Counted from the whole stretch's first letter, positions 25,190 to 37,656 are shown. The stretch is DNA of 63,542 nucleotides, filler included, from Atractiella rhizophila (GCA_021432655.1; 7 parts of 5 records of this genome joined end to end with filler, not necessarily neighbours in it), one strand, 5' to 3'. Made by a program: numbers and translations. Notes: generated from the sequence alone by a model not told the origin.

Positions 25190-26822
25190 AGGAGCCGCAG
25201 ATCATACTACTTCTCCTCCTTCTCCTTCTTCTTCTTCTGCATACGGGAACAGAAGATAAGGTAACAAACGTCGATTGACAACAAGCGTCATACTACTGCT
25301 ACTTCTGGTCAACCTCCTTCTCCCCTTTTTCGCTCGGTACCCACCGTACTCCCTCTCCCTGCTCCTATACCACAAGCCCTAGTGTTATTCTCCATTCATT
25401 GGGTAGGGAGAGGGGTAAGCTTGTCAGATATCTCGAGTAGCGAGCGCGAAGGGGGGAAAGACGTGTGAGGTTTAGCCGCGATTAGAGCAAAAGGGCGGGG
25501 GAGAAAGGGAAGAGTTGGAGAGAGAAACGCTTAATGCAGTTTCCTCTGTATGAATGTCACCGTCTGCTTGAGGAAGTCTTAGTTCCGGTTTTCAAGGAGC
25601 TCTACTACCTCAGGGAACGCCTCGCTTCCTACGTCTCCCTCGCTCTCTCGCGACTCGCTATACTTCGTGTCGTCTCCGAACTCCTCCTGCTCCTACTGAT
25701 ACTACTGCTCCTACTTCTCCCCCTACTCCTAGCTCTCTCGCTGCTTCTCCTGCTACCGCTACTAAACCTACTCTATTTGCTTGCGCTAGCGCGGCTTCTA
25801 CCCTCCTCCTACAAGGTCCAGAAACGGCGGTCCTACGAACTCGTCTCCCAGGAGTTACGGATAGCACTCTTCCGCGCGTAAGGGGTTAAGTACCTTCAGG
25901 TGATAACTGCTCAATCCTGAGATCCAGCGCGTTCTTTCTGTCGTTGTCGAGGAAGCTCTAGAACTTCTTCTCCTTTCCGACAGCAACCTTGCACTTCGGT
26001 TTTTCGTCTTCCTACGGGTTTTCTTCTTTCTATTCTTTTTCAGACAGTGCAGCGAAGGATTGGGACGCATTACGACTGATGTCCCACACCGTCTGACGTT
26101 TTCGTCTTTGAGCTCCTTCTTTTCAAAGCCTTTCTGCGGCTTGCGTAGCGACTCCTTCTTCGACGATTTGAACTTCGGCTTTTGTTTCGACTTCTCCTTG
26201 CGGCAGCACGCCTTCTGGAAGCGAACTTTTCTCTCTTACTCGCTTTCGTCTTTCTTCGACTCTTCTACGCTTTCCTTCTTCTCTCCTTCTTCGCACAACT
26301 CCTTCTCCGCTTCTTCTTTGCGCTTTTCCTCCTCGCGCAATTCCAACTCTCCCTTAACTTCCGTTTCTCCCGTTTCCTCCTTCGCCTCTTCTCCCGATTC
26401 CTTCTCTTCCTCTCCTTCCTCTCCCTTCTCCTTCTTTTCTTCTAGTCCCTAGTTTTCCGATTCCTTCTTGCGCTTCGATCTCTCTTCCTTCTTTTCCTCT
26501 TTTTCCTGCGACGACTTGCGCTCGCGTAACGCTTCCTCTTTCGGCGCTTTCAACGCGTTTTCGTCGTTTTCTGGCGAGGTGGAGCTGGAGGAGATCGGTC
26601 ATTTCGACCGTCACATGGACCATACGGGTTCGGGGGACGAGGACGAGGACGAGGACGAGGATGAGGAGGATTTCCTGTTCCTGGTTAGGGTAGTAGCGGC
26701 TTGCCTCAGCGACCAGGAAGGTTTGGGGAAAGGAGGGTTCGGGAGGTGGGGAGGCTCGTCCCGGCAGCGTTGGTGCCGTCGGCGTTTGAGTCGGCGAAGG
26801 AGGACCTTAACCTGCTGGTGGC

Positions 26823-27816
26823 NNNNNNNNNNNNNNNNNNNNNNNNNNNNNNNNNNNNNNNNNNNNNNNNNNNNNNNNNNNNNNNNNNNNNNNNNNNNNN
26901 NNNNNNNNNNNNNNNNNNNNNNNNNNNNNNNNNNNNNNNNNNNNNNNNNNNNNNNNNNNNNNNNNNNNNNNNNNNNNNNNNNNNNNNNNNNNNNNNNNNN
27001 NNNNNNNNNNNNNNNNNNNNNNNNNNNNNNNNNNNNNNNNNNNNNNNNNNNNNNNNNNNNNNNNNNNNNNNNNNNNNNNNNNNNNNNNNNNNNNNNNNNN
27101 NNNNNNNNNNNNNNNNNNNNNNNNNNNNNNNNNNNNNNNNNNNNNNNNNNNNNNNNNNNNNNNNNNNNNNNNNNNNNNNNNNNNNNNNNNNNNNNNNNNN
27201 NNNNNNNNNNNNNNNNNNNNNNNNNNNNNNNNNNNNNNNNNNNNNNNNNNNNNNNNNNNNNNNNNNNNNNNNNNNNNNNNNNNNNNNNNNNNNNNNNNNN
27301 NNNNNNNNNNNNNNNNNNNNNNNNNNNNNNNNNNNNNNNNNNNNNNNNNNNNNNNNNNNNNNNNNNNNNNNNNNNNNNNNNNNNNNNNNNNNNNNNNNNN
27401 NNNNNNNNNNNNNNNNNNNNNNNNNNNNNNNNNNNNNNNNNNNNNNNNNNNNNNNNNNNNNNNNNNNNNNNNNNNNNNNNNNNNNNNNNNNNNNNNNNNN
27501 NNNNNNNNNNNNNNNNNNNNNNNNNNNNNNNNNNNNNNNNNNNNNNNNNNNNNNNNNNNNNNNNNNNNNNNNNNNNNNNNNNNNNNNNNNNNNNNNNNNN
27601 NNNNNNNNNNNNNNNNNNNNNNNNNNNNNNNNNNNNNNNNNNNNNNNNNNNNNNNNNNNNNNNNNNNNNNNNNNNNNNNNNNNNNNNNNNNNNNNNNNNN
27701 NNNNNNNNNNNNNNNNNNNNNNNNNNNNNNNNNNNNNNNNNNNNNNNNNNNNNNNNNNNNNNNNNNNNNNNNNNNNNNNNNNNNNNNNNNNNNNNNNNNN
27801 NNNNNNNNNNNNNNNN
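26823..27816. other. assembly gap
   Basis: Run of N. Confidence 0.99.
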
Positions 27817-28680
27817 AACTAGCTTTCGAGCTTGGTCTCGCTTGTCGCGTGCTTGTTGAATGGCCAGGGAGAGTGCAATTTCCTGTTCAGAGGGATTCTG
27901 GAGGGAGGAAAGAGATGACCAATTGGATTCCACCACTCTTGCGAGGGTGGCGGCAGCCACATCTACTCCTTCTGGAGGAGCTTGTCCATTTGCCGTCGCT
28001 GGATATCCGTTGATTGTCGCGGCGAGGGGCAGAGCGGACTTGATGAAACTTTTCCAGTTGGCAGGGAGGGAGGTCCAATAGCTCTCATCGTCTCCTTCCT
28101 CGCCTTCTCTCCGTGGCATCTGCACCCCCTTGGGCATGGGGATATCCCCACGCTCCTTCTCCCGCCACCCATCTCCAAGCGCTTCCTTTGCGGCGGTCTC
28201 GATTTGGCGATAAAGTTCGTCGGCGGTCTTGAGAAGTTCGAAGTTTGGAGTGCCGTCGGTGTGGAGGAGGTGAGCAGGATTAGTGTGTACGAGGGGAGAT
28301 TGAGCGAGTTTTGACATTATTGTCTCGAGAGGAAAGCGGAGGGGCGGAGAGTTCGGAGGGGGAGATGGAAGTGAATCGGGGTGGGGAGGAAAGGCGTGAG
28401 AAAGAGGCGAAGTGGGATACTTCTCGGCGCGCGTCGTACGTCATTAACACGACCACCAGACATCCCATAGACAAGAGAGACTCACGACATGATTAGGGTC
28501 TGTGTCTTCCTCCTCGTGGCCCAAAGGCGTGCCATTTGGGATGGCTGTCGCGGTTGGGGGTGAAGTCGGATTTGGAGTTACGGGGTGGGAGTCGGACGAC
28601 TCTTGAGCACTAGCCTTGCCCTTTTTCTTCTTGTTCTTCTTCTTAGAAGAGTTTGCAGCTGGATGGTTTGTCGGTTGCAT
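27817..28680 (-). CDS. NST1-like protein, N-terminal part
   Basis: MQPTNHPAANSSKKKNKKKKGK start and ADELYRQ...ESYWTSLPANWKSFIK, resembling basidiomycete Nst1 N-termini; runs into the gap. Confidence 0.5.
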
Positions 28681-29469
28681 GTTGGCCAGATCGTTAATCG
28701 TCAAATTTCGATGTTGGTTGGGAGTCTCCTTCTCTAAGCACCGCAATCAACCTTCCTCAACATTCATTGACTTTCATCATCCTAAGGAACAACCAAGCCT
28801 GGAAATGGAAAGGCACTGAAATATGAACACCTACTGCGACCGCGACTGCCCTCCCCGAGCGTCCATTAAGACGATGCAGATGTCTAGGGATCACGTTCAC
28901 TTGTAACAAGCGAGTCTCCGTGCACGCTATCGCTCCAAGGCTGAATCCCTTGAGTCTGCCCCTGAAGGTGGCCAACGGTTGTAGATATAGGAGTCTATTT
29001 GTAAAGTTTTGCGAGGAAGAGTGGGACAATGAAGAGTCAATCAAAGACTTCACGAAGCGAAGTGAGTGCAGGATGCATCTTGTTCCCGAAGGTCTGACGT
29101 TGAACTTCAGGAGATTTTGCCTACTTCGCCATCGAGATAACACGTAGTGGATGTACTACTTCAGTTATGCGGTAACCTCACACCGAACAGACGCACTCAA
29201 AATAAAACCTTTGGTGACGTCCAGCAAATTTGAAGCGATCGCCGCATATTCCAGAGCAACCTGTGTTGTGGTTGTGGAAGCCAAGACAAGGCAGGGTCAA
29301 GCCTTACATGAAAGAGGCAGCTGAGTCCGGGCATTGTCTACGCGCTCGCGGCGAGATCTCGCGACTTTCTGGAATCTCATACTCCTCAACAGGACAGCAT
29401 CGGAATCGTAAGCAACAGAGGTGCCTTTCAGCTCCACATTCAAGGGTGGTGCGATGTTTACTGAAGCAA

Positions 29470-29899
29470 AGAGATCATTGGCAGCTCCACAGACTTCGAC
29501 GACGGTACGTCACTCCCTGTAGCTGAAGACGGATATGAAACAGACATCCAACTTGCCAAATGATATGGGATCGATGGGGTGCCTCTTTTCGTCTGTTTCT
29601 CTCCGACTTCATCAACCCAAATCGTTTCCGCGTTCGCGGTACTCCTTACCTTCGCTCATACACCAGTAATTATCACTGCACTTATTCAAATCTTCATGTT
29701 CACATCCGGAAATGGATCGTCCACGAATGCTTATCAATGGGCCGTAAACAGTCCCTTCGGGGTTTTCATCTCCTTCGATTTAACTGGAGGGAACTGGGGT
29801 TATGGGACAGGCAAGTTCTGGAGTTCCCTGAACACCTGGTTCAGAAGCTGTTCTGCGTCTCCTGGTACTTTGCCAGGGGGAGGGGGTTGCACAGGGTAG
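29470..29899 (+). pseudogene. degenerate GH71 (alpha-1,3-glucanase)-like remnant
   Basis: Reads DGYETDIQLAK*YGIDG then AYQWAVNSPFGVFISFD, matching the GH71 DI..A...GIDG and K.FISFD motifs; internal TGA and early termination. Confidence 0.4.
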
Positions 29900-29990
29900 G
29901 CTGGAGTCTGCGATCGTCGTCGTGCGCGGCGGACATGCAAATTCCGCGTGTTACGCCGCCTAGAATAGACGAAAGAGGTCATGATTAATC

Positions 29991-30520
29991 AAAATCAGGC
30001 TTTGTAGGGCTCCAGAGCCAGCCTTAGTGCAGGTTGAAATTTTCCTCTTGGCTACAAGAAAGAGTGATGATAATACGGTTCACTCATGTTCACTCAAGTT
30101 CAAGTTCGCTCTTAGCTTCCCAACGTTAATTGTTCACACTGCCCCACTCATGCATGGACCAGACGACTTTCTTCTCGTGTAGAAGGCAATTTGTTGAAGA
30201 ATGAAATTCATTATTTTCAATTATCATGTCCAGAACTTCGTTAGCCCAAAGGCTGAAAATCAGGCTTTGTAGGGCTCCAGAGCCAGCCTTAGTGCAGGTT
30301 GAAATTTTCCTCTTGGCTACAAGAAAGAGTGATGATAATACGGTTCACTCATGTTCACTCAAGTTCAAGTTCGCTCTTAGCTTCCCAACGTTAATTGTTC
30401 ACACTGCCCCACTCATGCATGGACCAGACGACTTTCTTCTCGTGTAGAAGGCAATTTGTTGAAGAATGAAATTCATTATTTTCAATTATCATGTCCAGAA
30501 CTTCGTTAGCCCAAAGGCTG
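29991..30520. repeat. tandem duplication, 2 x 265 bp
   Basis: 29991-30255 and 30256-30520 appear identical by eye. Confidence 0.92.
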
Positions 30521-30590
30521 AAAGGCACTGTGCTCTTCGTCTAAATACTTTAAGTCGAACTGATCATGACATCAAGAGTCGGCCCACCGA

Positions 30591-30965
30591 TCAATCTGAG
30601 GGCTGAATCAGCATGCTCAGCCTCCCCTTTGCCTGCTCGCACTCCTGCATGACTGCATTGTACCTAACTGCCTTTGCCGGTGCTAAAGCTTCATCATTCA
30701 TGGATGCTGCCGCCGCCCCATCTCCTTGTTGCTCCAATGTTCGCGAAATTGCACAAAGACAGTCGATGAAGGATTCATAGACTTCAAGCTCCTGAGAGAT
30801 TGAAGCTGCTTCTCCGAGTTGATGGAGAGCTGATGCATATTCACCACGCGAGCAAGTGATTGTACCGAGATGAATAGTGCACATGGCTTGGTTCAGCCGG
30901 TCTTGTATCCCAACAAAAGTACGGTTCGCTTTCAAGGTCCGGCGCCGTCTGTCATCTCTTTCCAC
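30591..30965 (-). pseudogene. isolated TPR-like C-terminal fragment
   Basis: QAMCTIHLGTI...GEYASALHQLGEAASI...DCLCAISRTLEQQGDGAAA helical TPR pattern; no upstream partner domain. Confidence 0.5.
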
Positions 30966-33083
30966 GTTTTATCTTGTAAGGCCCGTTCCATTTCTCCTCG
31001 AACGTAGTCCTGAGATTGAAACAGATTCCATGCTTTCTGCTGGTCAATGAGCTTCATCTCCGCCACTTTCAACGCCCTTGCGGCTGTATCATCCAGCTCC
31101 ATCCCAGCGAACCTCTTCTGGAATTGTTTCAGCGGGTCCATCCGTTTATCATCCAACACAAACCCCGGCTCTTCATCCTCTTTGGTTTTAGTTGTATCAT
31201 CGAGCACCACTTGGAATCTGACAGCCGCAGTTAGCGTGTTGAGCAGACTGTCGAGGAGGAGTTGCAGTTGAAGAGGGATCACTTTCAAATCTTCTGCCTG
31301 CCCCGTTTATCAAACCGAACTTTGACAAGTAGGCATCTTGGTCATTTTCCTTGCAGTCGAAGGTTTTGAGGTACGACCTTCGCTCTTGTTCTGTCAATCG
31401 AAGTGAACCACGATTCAAGATTACCCAAAGGAGGACGTAAATGAAGGATTCAATGTCGTCGGCAACACAATGTTTCAGCCTAGGTTTTTATATGAGTCGA
31501 AGGGACAAGAATTGATAAGTGCCCTAATTTCCACTTAGTTGAAATTGTAGCGGATATGGGCTAATGTTCGCGCTTACAGTTCGTTCGGGCAGCTGCGCCG
31601 ACAATTTGTCGTTGTCCTTTGCTAACTCCCAGTCTATAAGCATTCCTCGCGCTTCACCATCTTCGGTTCGTAACAATAGTACGTTCCCAACAGAGACATC
31701 TCGATGTAGCAAGTTAGCGTACTGGACAGCCTGCTGATGTGCTGAAATTCATGTCCATGTCACTCATTGTGAGGAGAAGAAGGGGAAACAAACCTGTGAA
31801 AGCATCGAACAGAACCTTAACCAGTTCCCAACTCGACTTAAAGGTGGACAGTGGCTCTCCAACCTCGTTCAGGACAATCCTTTAATGTTTCATTCTGGCC
31901 CCATTCGCTCCAGTCGCTTCCTGCAAAGGATTCTTGGTCTCAACGTCCTGATCAGCGAAAACCGTGGCGATATTTTGACTTTGCTCTCGTGCAGACGGTG
32001 ATATATGGTTCCTTCCTTCTCGTACTCCATCTTGCGCCATGTATCCTTCAGCAACACAATTTCCTTGCTTCTTGGCGCATAGGCGTGGTAACATTTTGTT
32101 CCACGTCCAACCGCCCACAAACGGCTGCTGGCGAAGGGCTGAGAGATATAGAAGCTGTCCCTGTCCACTAAAACCTTGAAAAGAGGAGCGCTGCCTTCCA
32201 GCTGCAAAGGAATTTCTCGCTGCTTCTGCGAAAGGATCATCGCTGGATCGGATGAAAGTGATATCATAGCCTCGTCGTTCGGGGGGAGCGTGAGTGTAGC
32301 GGTCGATGTAATCGGACAATGAATTATCAAACCTGACATCGAACGTTTGAGACACTTTTGATCCGGCGCGAGAGTGAACGATGAGGCGTGCAAGGACGCC
32401 ATGGAGAGAAAAGGAGAAGACACGAGTACAGTGTTGCAACCCCTGGATAACGGTGTTGTAAATGGTAATTTGACCTCGAATTTCTCGTGCAACTTTAGAA
32501 TCGCGTTCGAAAGGGGAGCATTTGGAGTTGAAGGAATCCGTTACTTTCTCTGTCTTGAGCTCTGCAAACATATCCACATCGCGCATACTGTTTCCTTCCA
32601 CCGCGACCGCTTCCGCCGAATACAACACCAGGTCAGGTTTCACAGCAGTACAGTTGTAAACAGGATGTATTGTTTTGTCGGGGAGCATAGACGTGTCGAC
32701 CCAGTGCCAATCGCGAGCGAGGTAGCGGTCTAAGCCAGTGATCTACGCTGCTTCTCAACCTGGCCCAACCCCAGTTCTGAAACACTAACCACTTGAGAAC
32801 CTAGTTCGTTGTTATTGGAGACTGGTATTGAGATTTCGAGCGGGCGAGGAGCAGGCCGTGATTCTGAGTAACTCTTGGGAACAGGGAGCATGTCAAGAAT
32901 TTCCTTCACAGAAACCTCCGAGTCTTCGAACTTACGGACATCGCGCACTGCAAGTACATAGGCATGCTCAGCATTAGACGACAAGGAGAAAGGTGCGGTA
33001 GCGTTGTCTGAGTGGCTGGGCAGTGTGCTGGGAAGCTTTAGTAACCTGTTCGACGTGGACCGATTCGAGGTGGATGTGGGCAT
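30932..33083 (-). pseudogene. FunK1 (fungal-type) protein kinase pseudogene
   Basis: KPD, ELK, GQI, GRGT, LKDTW, LHRDVSVGNVLL, LIDWEL, GTYQF, DDIESF motifs. Compensating frameshifts near 32207 and 31975; TAA at 31882-31884 inside H(Y)RIVL; another TAA in LRLI*KP near 31490. Confidence 0.85.
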
Positions 33084-33650
33084 GATCGTGGGACTCTGGC
33101 TCGTTGCTCGCTGATCGAGACCATCTCAGGTTAGGGTTGAGAAGAGAAGACAATTGCACAACGAACAGCAGGAGGCAACTACCTAATGTTATGGTCCTCA
33201 TTTTCACGTAGCGGGTGAGAGTCGAGTTAATTTTGTCTTTTGCTGAAGACGTCTCTTCGTCTGTGAGATCTCGTGCCAAGTCAGTCAAGGGACCTTCAGA
33301 TGAAGTTACTTCCAGTCACGATCCATCCTCCATAGGCATTGATATTGAATATTGAATAAAGTAGTGAGAAACGCCTCTTCTTTGGCCTCATCATGATCAT
33401 GAGATACCACTGGCTTCTGTTTGCAAATTGAACAAGGCAAGACCTCCTAGCCCCCACTCTAATTTCGACAAGTGAACGTTGCCTCCACGTTCATACCGTC
33501 GAGTCAATCGTGAGTGCTTCGGCATCCTTGTCTCAAGGTGTTAGTAGTTATGGTGGCTCAGTTGGTAAGCGTCATATCAATCCTTAAGGACAGACTGTTA
33601 TTCAAAGCGAAAAAGAAAAAGATCAGTAGTCAGTTCTGCATAATCATTTC

Positions 33651-35214
33651 TCATGCCACCAACTTGAACCTGAGATCGCGTCGGATACGAGCCAACATTT
33701 CCATATCATGATCGGGAAGGATCAGCTGTCCATCGACCGCACCATCTGGTCGCCACAACCCCGGACCCCTGTTCACATTCATGGGATATCGCACTTCCCC
33801 AGTCTTCCCTGCCCAGTCAAAGTCCACTAGCATGAATTGCTTTCCATCCAGCGACACCAGGATGTTTGACTCCCGAATGTCACCATGAACATAATGTTGT
33901 TGGTGCAATTCGGTCAACTTGCTTTCGATCGTATCCATCAGCGCTGAAGTTGGCGTCACCTCAGGCTGGTAAAGCTCCATGTATTCCTCTGGCCGCAACC
34001 GATCCATGACTACCATCTTCCATCCACCTGAAAGCTCTTCGAAACCTCGAAGCTTTGGTGCAAGCCCGCGGGAAGCGCATTCCAGATGAACCTCTCTCGA
34101 ATAGTGACGAACAAACTTGACACAAAGTTCTTGTTCCAATTGGTTGCAAAAGAAGACAAGTTTTTTTGGGTGAGGCTGTAACGCGTATTCAAAGTCCAGG
34201 GGGTTCCCTCCGTTGAGGGGAGTGAAAGTTGTTGGATATGGATACAGTTGTAGCTGACGTGTCGACAATCGTGGGCCGTCGGTTTGGGAGAGGCCGCGAT
34301 AGTAGCGATCCAAGGCACTGATAGTCGTTCTGAATGCCCCGAGATGGCAAGCCAACTTCCTTCGTACATTCGTGTCCGTAAGGTGGTGGTGCAGTGGCAG
34401 AGTAAAGGATAAGCTCTGGACAATTGGACGCAAATTCCACACCGCACCAGCAAATGCGATATAAGGGCCTATGCGAACCGTGAGACTGAGTTAGCAAGGT
34501 ATCCAAACAATGAACTAATGCAACTGACCAAAGATAAAGACTAGCATGCAGGGCAAAGCCGAGTCTGGCAGTTTAACTGCATAGTCTCTCGTCGACTCGA
34601 GATAGTATAAAATGCCTTGGGCGTATGGCTCAGCGCCGCTATTTCCGATTTCATTCTTGAACTCGGCAATGGTGCAGCGCAAACCTCTCCCGGATATATC
34701 GCCATCTGTGCGGTATTGTTTTATGTCGCTCGGGATGAGATGAATACCGTGATTTGCGAAAATGTCGTGAATTGCTTCCGCACGACGGTCTTCATTCGGA
34801 TAGAAATCTGACACGGCGGAGCATAGCTCTCTCGCAAGAGCGTTGTCTTCCAGGGTCACTTCGTGACTCTCGCACTTGTCGAGAAACGTCCCGAAAACAG
34901 GATGTAGGAGTGTTGGCGGAATCGTTGCCGCGGCAGTCTCAGGGCGGTTGCAATATATCATCGTATTGGGATGACTCTGGCGATTCATGAAAGCTTCAAG
35001 CTTCCCTGCGGTGGATGGCCGTTCGCTTGGGTTGGTTTCCAGAAAAGCGCGTCTCTGCGCTCCGACATCAAGTTGCTCAAGGGAATGCTCGTTCGAAAGA
35101 GGCTCGACGCGTAATCGCACTAAATAGGTTGGTTGACGAGGGTTCAGTATCCGAAACGACGGCCAAGAGAGACAGCTCACAAGAGCGAGGAGCATCGATG
35201 AGGATATGAATATG
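33651..35214 (-). CDS. Crinkler-like REase-fold + protein kinase gene, 5'-truncated by telomere
   Basis: Spliced (introns 35120-35180 and about 34469-34527): HIHILIDAP...TDGD...IAEFKNEIG...PYAQG..YY (PD-(D/E)xK-like) ...VKFV...APKL...VHGDIRESNILV...LVDFDWAG...YP. No in-frame ATG upstream of the first exon before the telomere. Confidence 0.8.
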
Positions 35215-35215
35215 G

Positions 35216-35248
35216 TTCGGGTTAGGGTTAGGGTTAGGGTTAGGGTTA
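35216..35248 (+). repeat. telomeric repeat tract TTCGGG(TTAGGG)4TTA
   Basis: G-rich strand runs 5'-3' to the very end of the scaffold, which is the correct telomere polarity. Confidence 0.85.
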
Positions 35249-35348
35249 NNNNNNNNNNNNNNNNNNNNNNNNNNNNNNNNNNNNNNNNNNNNTTAATTAA
35301 TTAANNNNNNNNNNNNNNNNNNNNNNNNNNNNNNNNNNNNNNNNNNNN
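35249..35348. other. artificial scaffold linker
   Basis: N-TTAATTAATTAA-N, 100 nt. Confidence 0.97.
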
Positions 35349-36162
35349 CGAAGTCGATAGTGAGGATTGGGCGACCTACGACGTTTCAGCGGCGGTGATG
35401 GAAGGGGAGCTGGACGCGACGATGAGGTGGATAGGCGAGGACAGGTTTGTTTACCCGCATGAATATACATCGATGGCGCCGGTGAGCGTGAAAAGGGTTA
35501 GAGAGGGACAGGGAGTAGAGAGGGGACGCGTAGGAGTGGAGCTCACAAATCACGGAGAGGAGGAGAGGGAAGTAGTCTGGGTCGAGCAGTGGCCTTGGTG
35601 GATAGAAGCCTTCTGGCACACGAAGAAGATCAAGCTTCTGACACCGGATGGTCACGAAAGAGCCGTCAAAGAGGACGATATCGTCCCACTGCTTCCGAGG
35701 TATGTTCCTGCTCAAGCCAGGAAACGAGCGACGACAATAGAACATCCCTTCCGCCTTCCTCCATTCTCCACTCTCCGCGTAACCATAGACTTTCAACCTG
35801 CGTTCCTACGGTACACCGAATACCCCCCAGACCCTCATCGCGGGCTGGACATCCCGTCCGCACTCGTCATCGTCCTTCCCCTTCAATCAAATGTCAGCTT
35901 TTTAGCTCTCACACAAAACTGGTCCCGCATTGATGGCCAGCGTATCTACTCGTCCAATTCACTCGTTGTTGTCCCGACACCGGATTTCTCAATGCCGTAC
36001 AATGTCATTATGATGACTTGTACGGTCCTGATGTTGGGATGGGGTGGAGTATTTAATGTTTGCACGAGGCGATTAAGGTGGATTGTTGAGGAAGTGGAGG
36101 GGGAGAAGGCGGTGGTGGAGCAAAAGGGAGAAGAGAATCGGAAGACGGACCAAACTATGTAA
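35349..36162 (+). CDS. GPI16: GPI transamidase subunit PIG-T/Gpi16, 3' part
   Basis: FLRYTEYPPDPHRGLDIPSA and PTPDFSMPYNVIMMTCTV followed by a TM helix. Confidence 0.92.
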
Positions 36163-36513
36163 GCCCCTCAGTTATTGTTATTCGCATGACTCTTGGAATA
36201 TACCCTACGGTAATACTGCAGACCATGAGAACCCGCTCAAGTCTTGGCTAGTACAATTTACAATTGTTGCTATACCAGTTAAGCTCATTAGAAGGTGTAT
36301 TACGCTCTGCAGATAAAGCAGGATTGACAGAAAGGCCTGAAGGCTGTCCAACGGTCCAAGATCATCCACTTTTCCCAGCTCGCGCGCTCAGTCGAGATAA
36401 AACATTTAGAAAAGCACCACCAAACTTGATGGATGATGTTTAAGCTGTCACTGAATCAAATAAGTACAAATGCTGCGAATGGCGGGCAAGCAAGTTTACT
36501 GCCACAGTTGTCC

Positions 36514-37595
36514 CTAGTCCCCTCCTTTCTTCCTACGACTTTTCTTGGATTTTCCCTCCGCAACTCCTCCGTCGTCCTTGGAAGGCGATGCCTTTATTTC
36601 ATCGGCGTTACCACTCTCATTCTCCTCCGCAGCCTGACGCTTTCTCTTCTTCCCAACACCATCAACGACGTTCACCTGTCCCTGCGGCATCGCGCTCTTC
36701 TTCTTCTGCTTTTCCTTTTTAGATTTCAGTTGCCCAATTAAAGAAGTAGGCTCAAGTTTGCTGGTCGCGTGCTCGCCCATTGACGGTTCCTCCTTTGAAG
36801 AAGCGAGACCTTGTGCGTTCTGAATAAGGTCGCATATCGTCAACACCTCTTCTGGAGTTTCTGGAAGGACAATTCTGCGGTTAATCAAGACTTTCAGGAA
36901 GCGCTTCTTGTTTCTCGTATGCCGCTATACTCAGACAACAGTGATCAGCAACTCATCTCTTTATAATATGAAAGCAGCTCACTCCAGTTTTCAAGTGCTC
37001 TTCTGGCCCCAAACCTTCGTATATTGCAGCCTGACCATTCCTTGAACAAAGAATGCAAGAGAAATTGCCTGCATCTAAGGTCGGCGGTTTCCCTGCCCCA
37101 TTTTTGGGCCGCAATGGATTCTGAAGTGAATTCTTGAGGGCGGTAAACCGTACTTGGCGTTCCGAAGTTGTCTGGGAGGTCGAGCCGTTGATTTCAGAAA
37201 GCAGATTTTCCGGCAAGGCGCTCGAGTTGGAGGAGAGTTGCTTCTCCGTTGTATTCGATTCCTCACCAGAGGATGAATCGGAATCGTTGGCAATGACAGC
37301 TTCTCCATCATCGCCATCGAAGTTGGCTTCTGCCCGTTTCATCTGCTTGGTAACATGTTTCCACATTTGTACACTGGTAAATATGTAACAAAAGGACAAC
37401 CAAATTTTTAAGGGAGATTGAGTTTGCTGCGGGACGACTTTAGACATCAGCCTTTTCATCAAAGTTACCGTCTCGTTGGAGCAATGGTAGCTTTAACATG
37501 CTTTTGGTAGATATCAGAGGCTGCAAAATGGAAGTCAACCAATTATGGCATACAAAAGTTTCCTGACAAACTTCTCTGGGTATTGTAGATGACAT
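36514..37595 (-). CDS. hypothetical Lys-rich protein with C2H2-like Zn finger
   Basis: Spliced; FSCILC...EEHLKT|..RH..NKKRF, acidic and basic tracts; probable ATG at 37595. Confidence 0.55.
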
Positions 37596-37656
37596 GCGAC
37601 GTGGTGCGAACTATATAACCTGAAAGAATTATCTTATCCTGTAACTCAATATTCAA

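Noticed and set aside
23642..33138. Isolated TTAGGG hexamers at about 23643, 26685, 28493 and 33131 as interstitial telomere scars
   Set aside because: Single units; about three are expected by chance on one strand of 12 kb.
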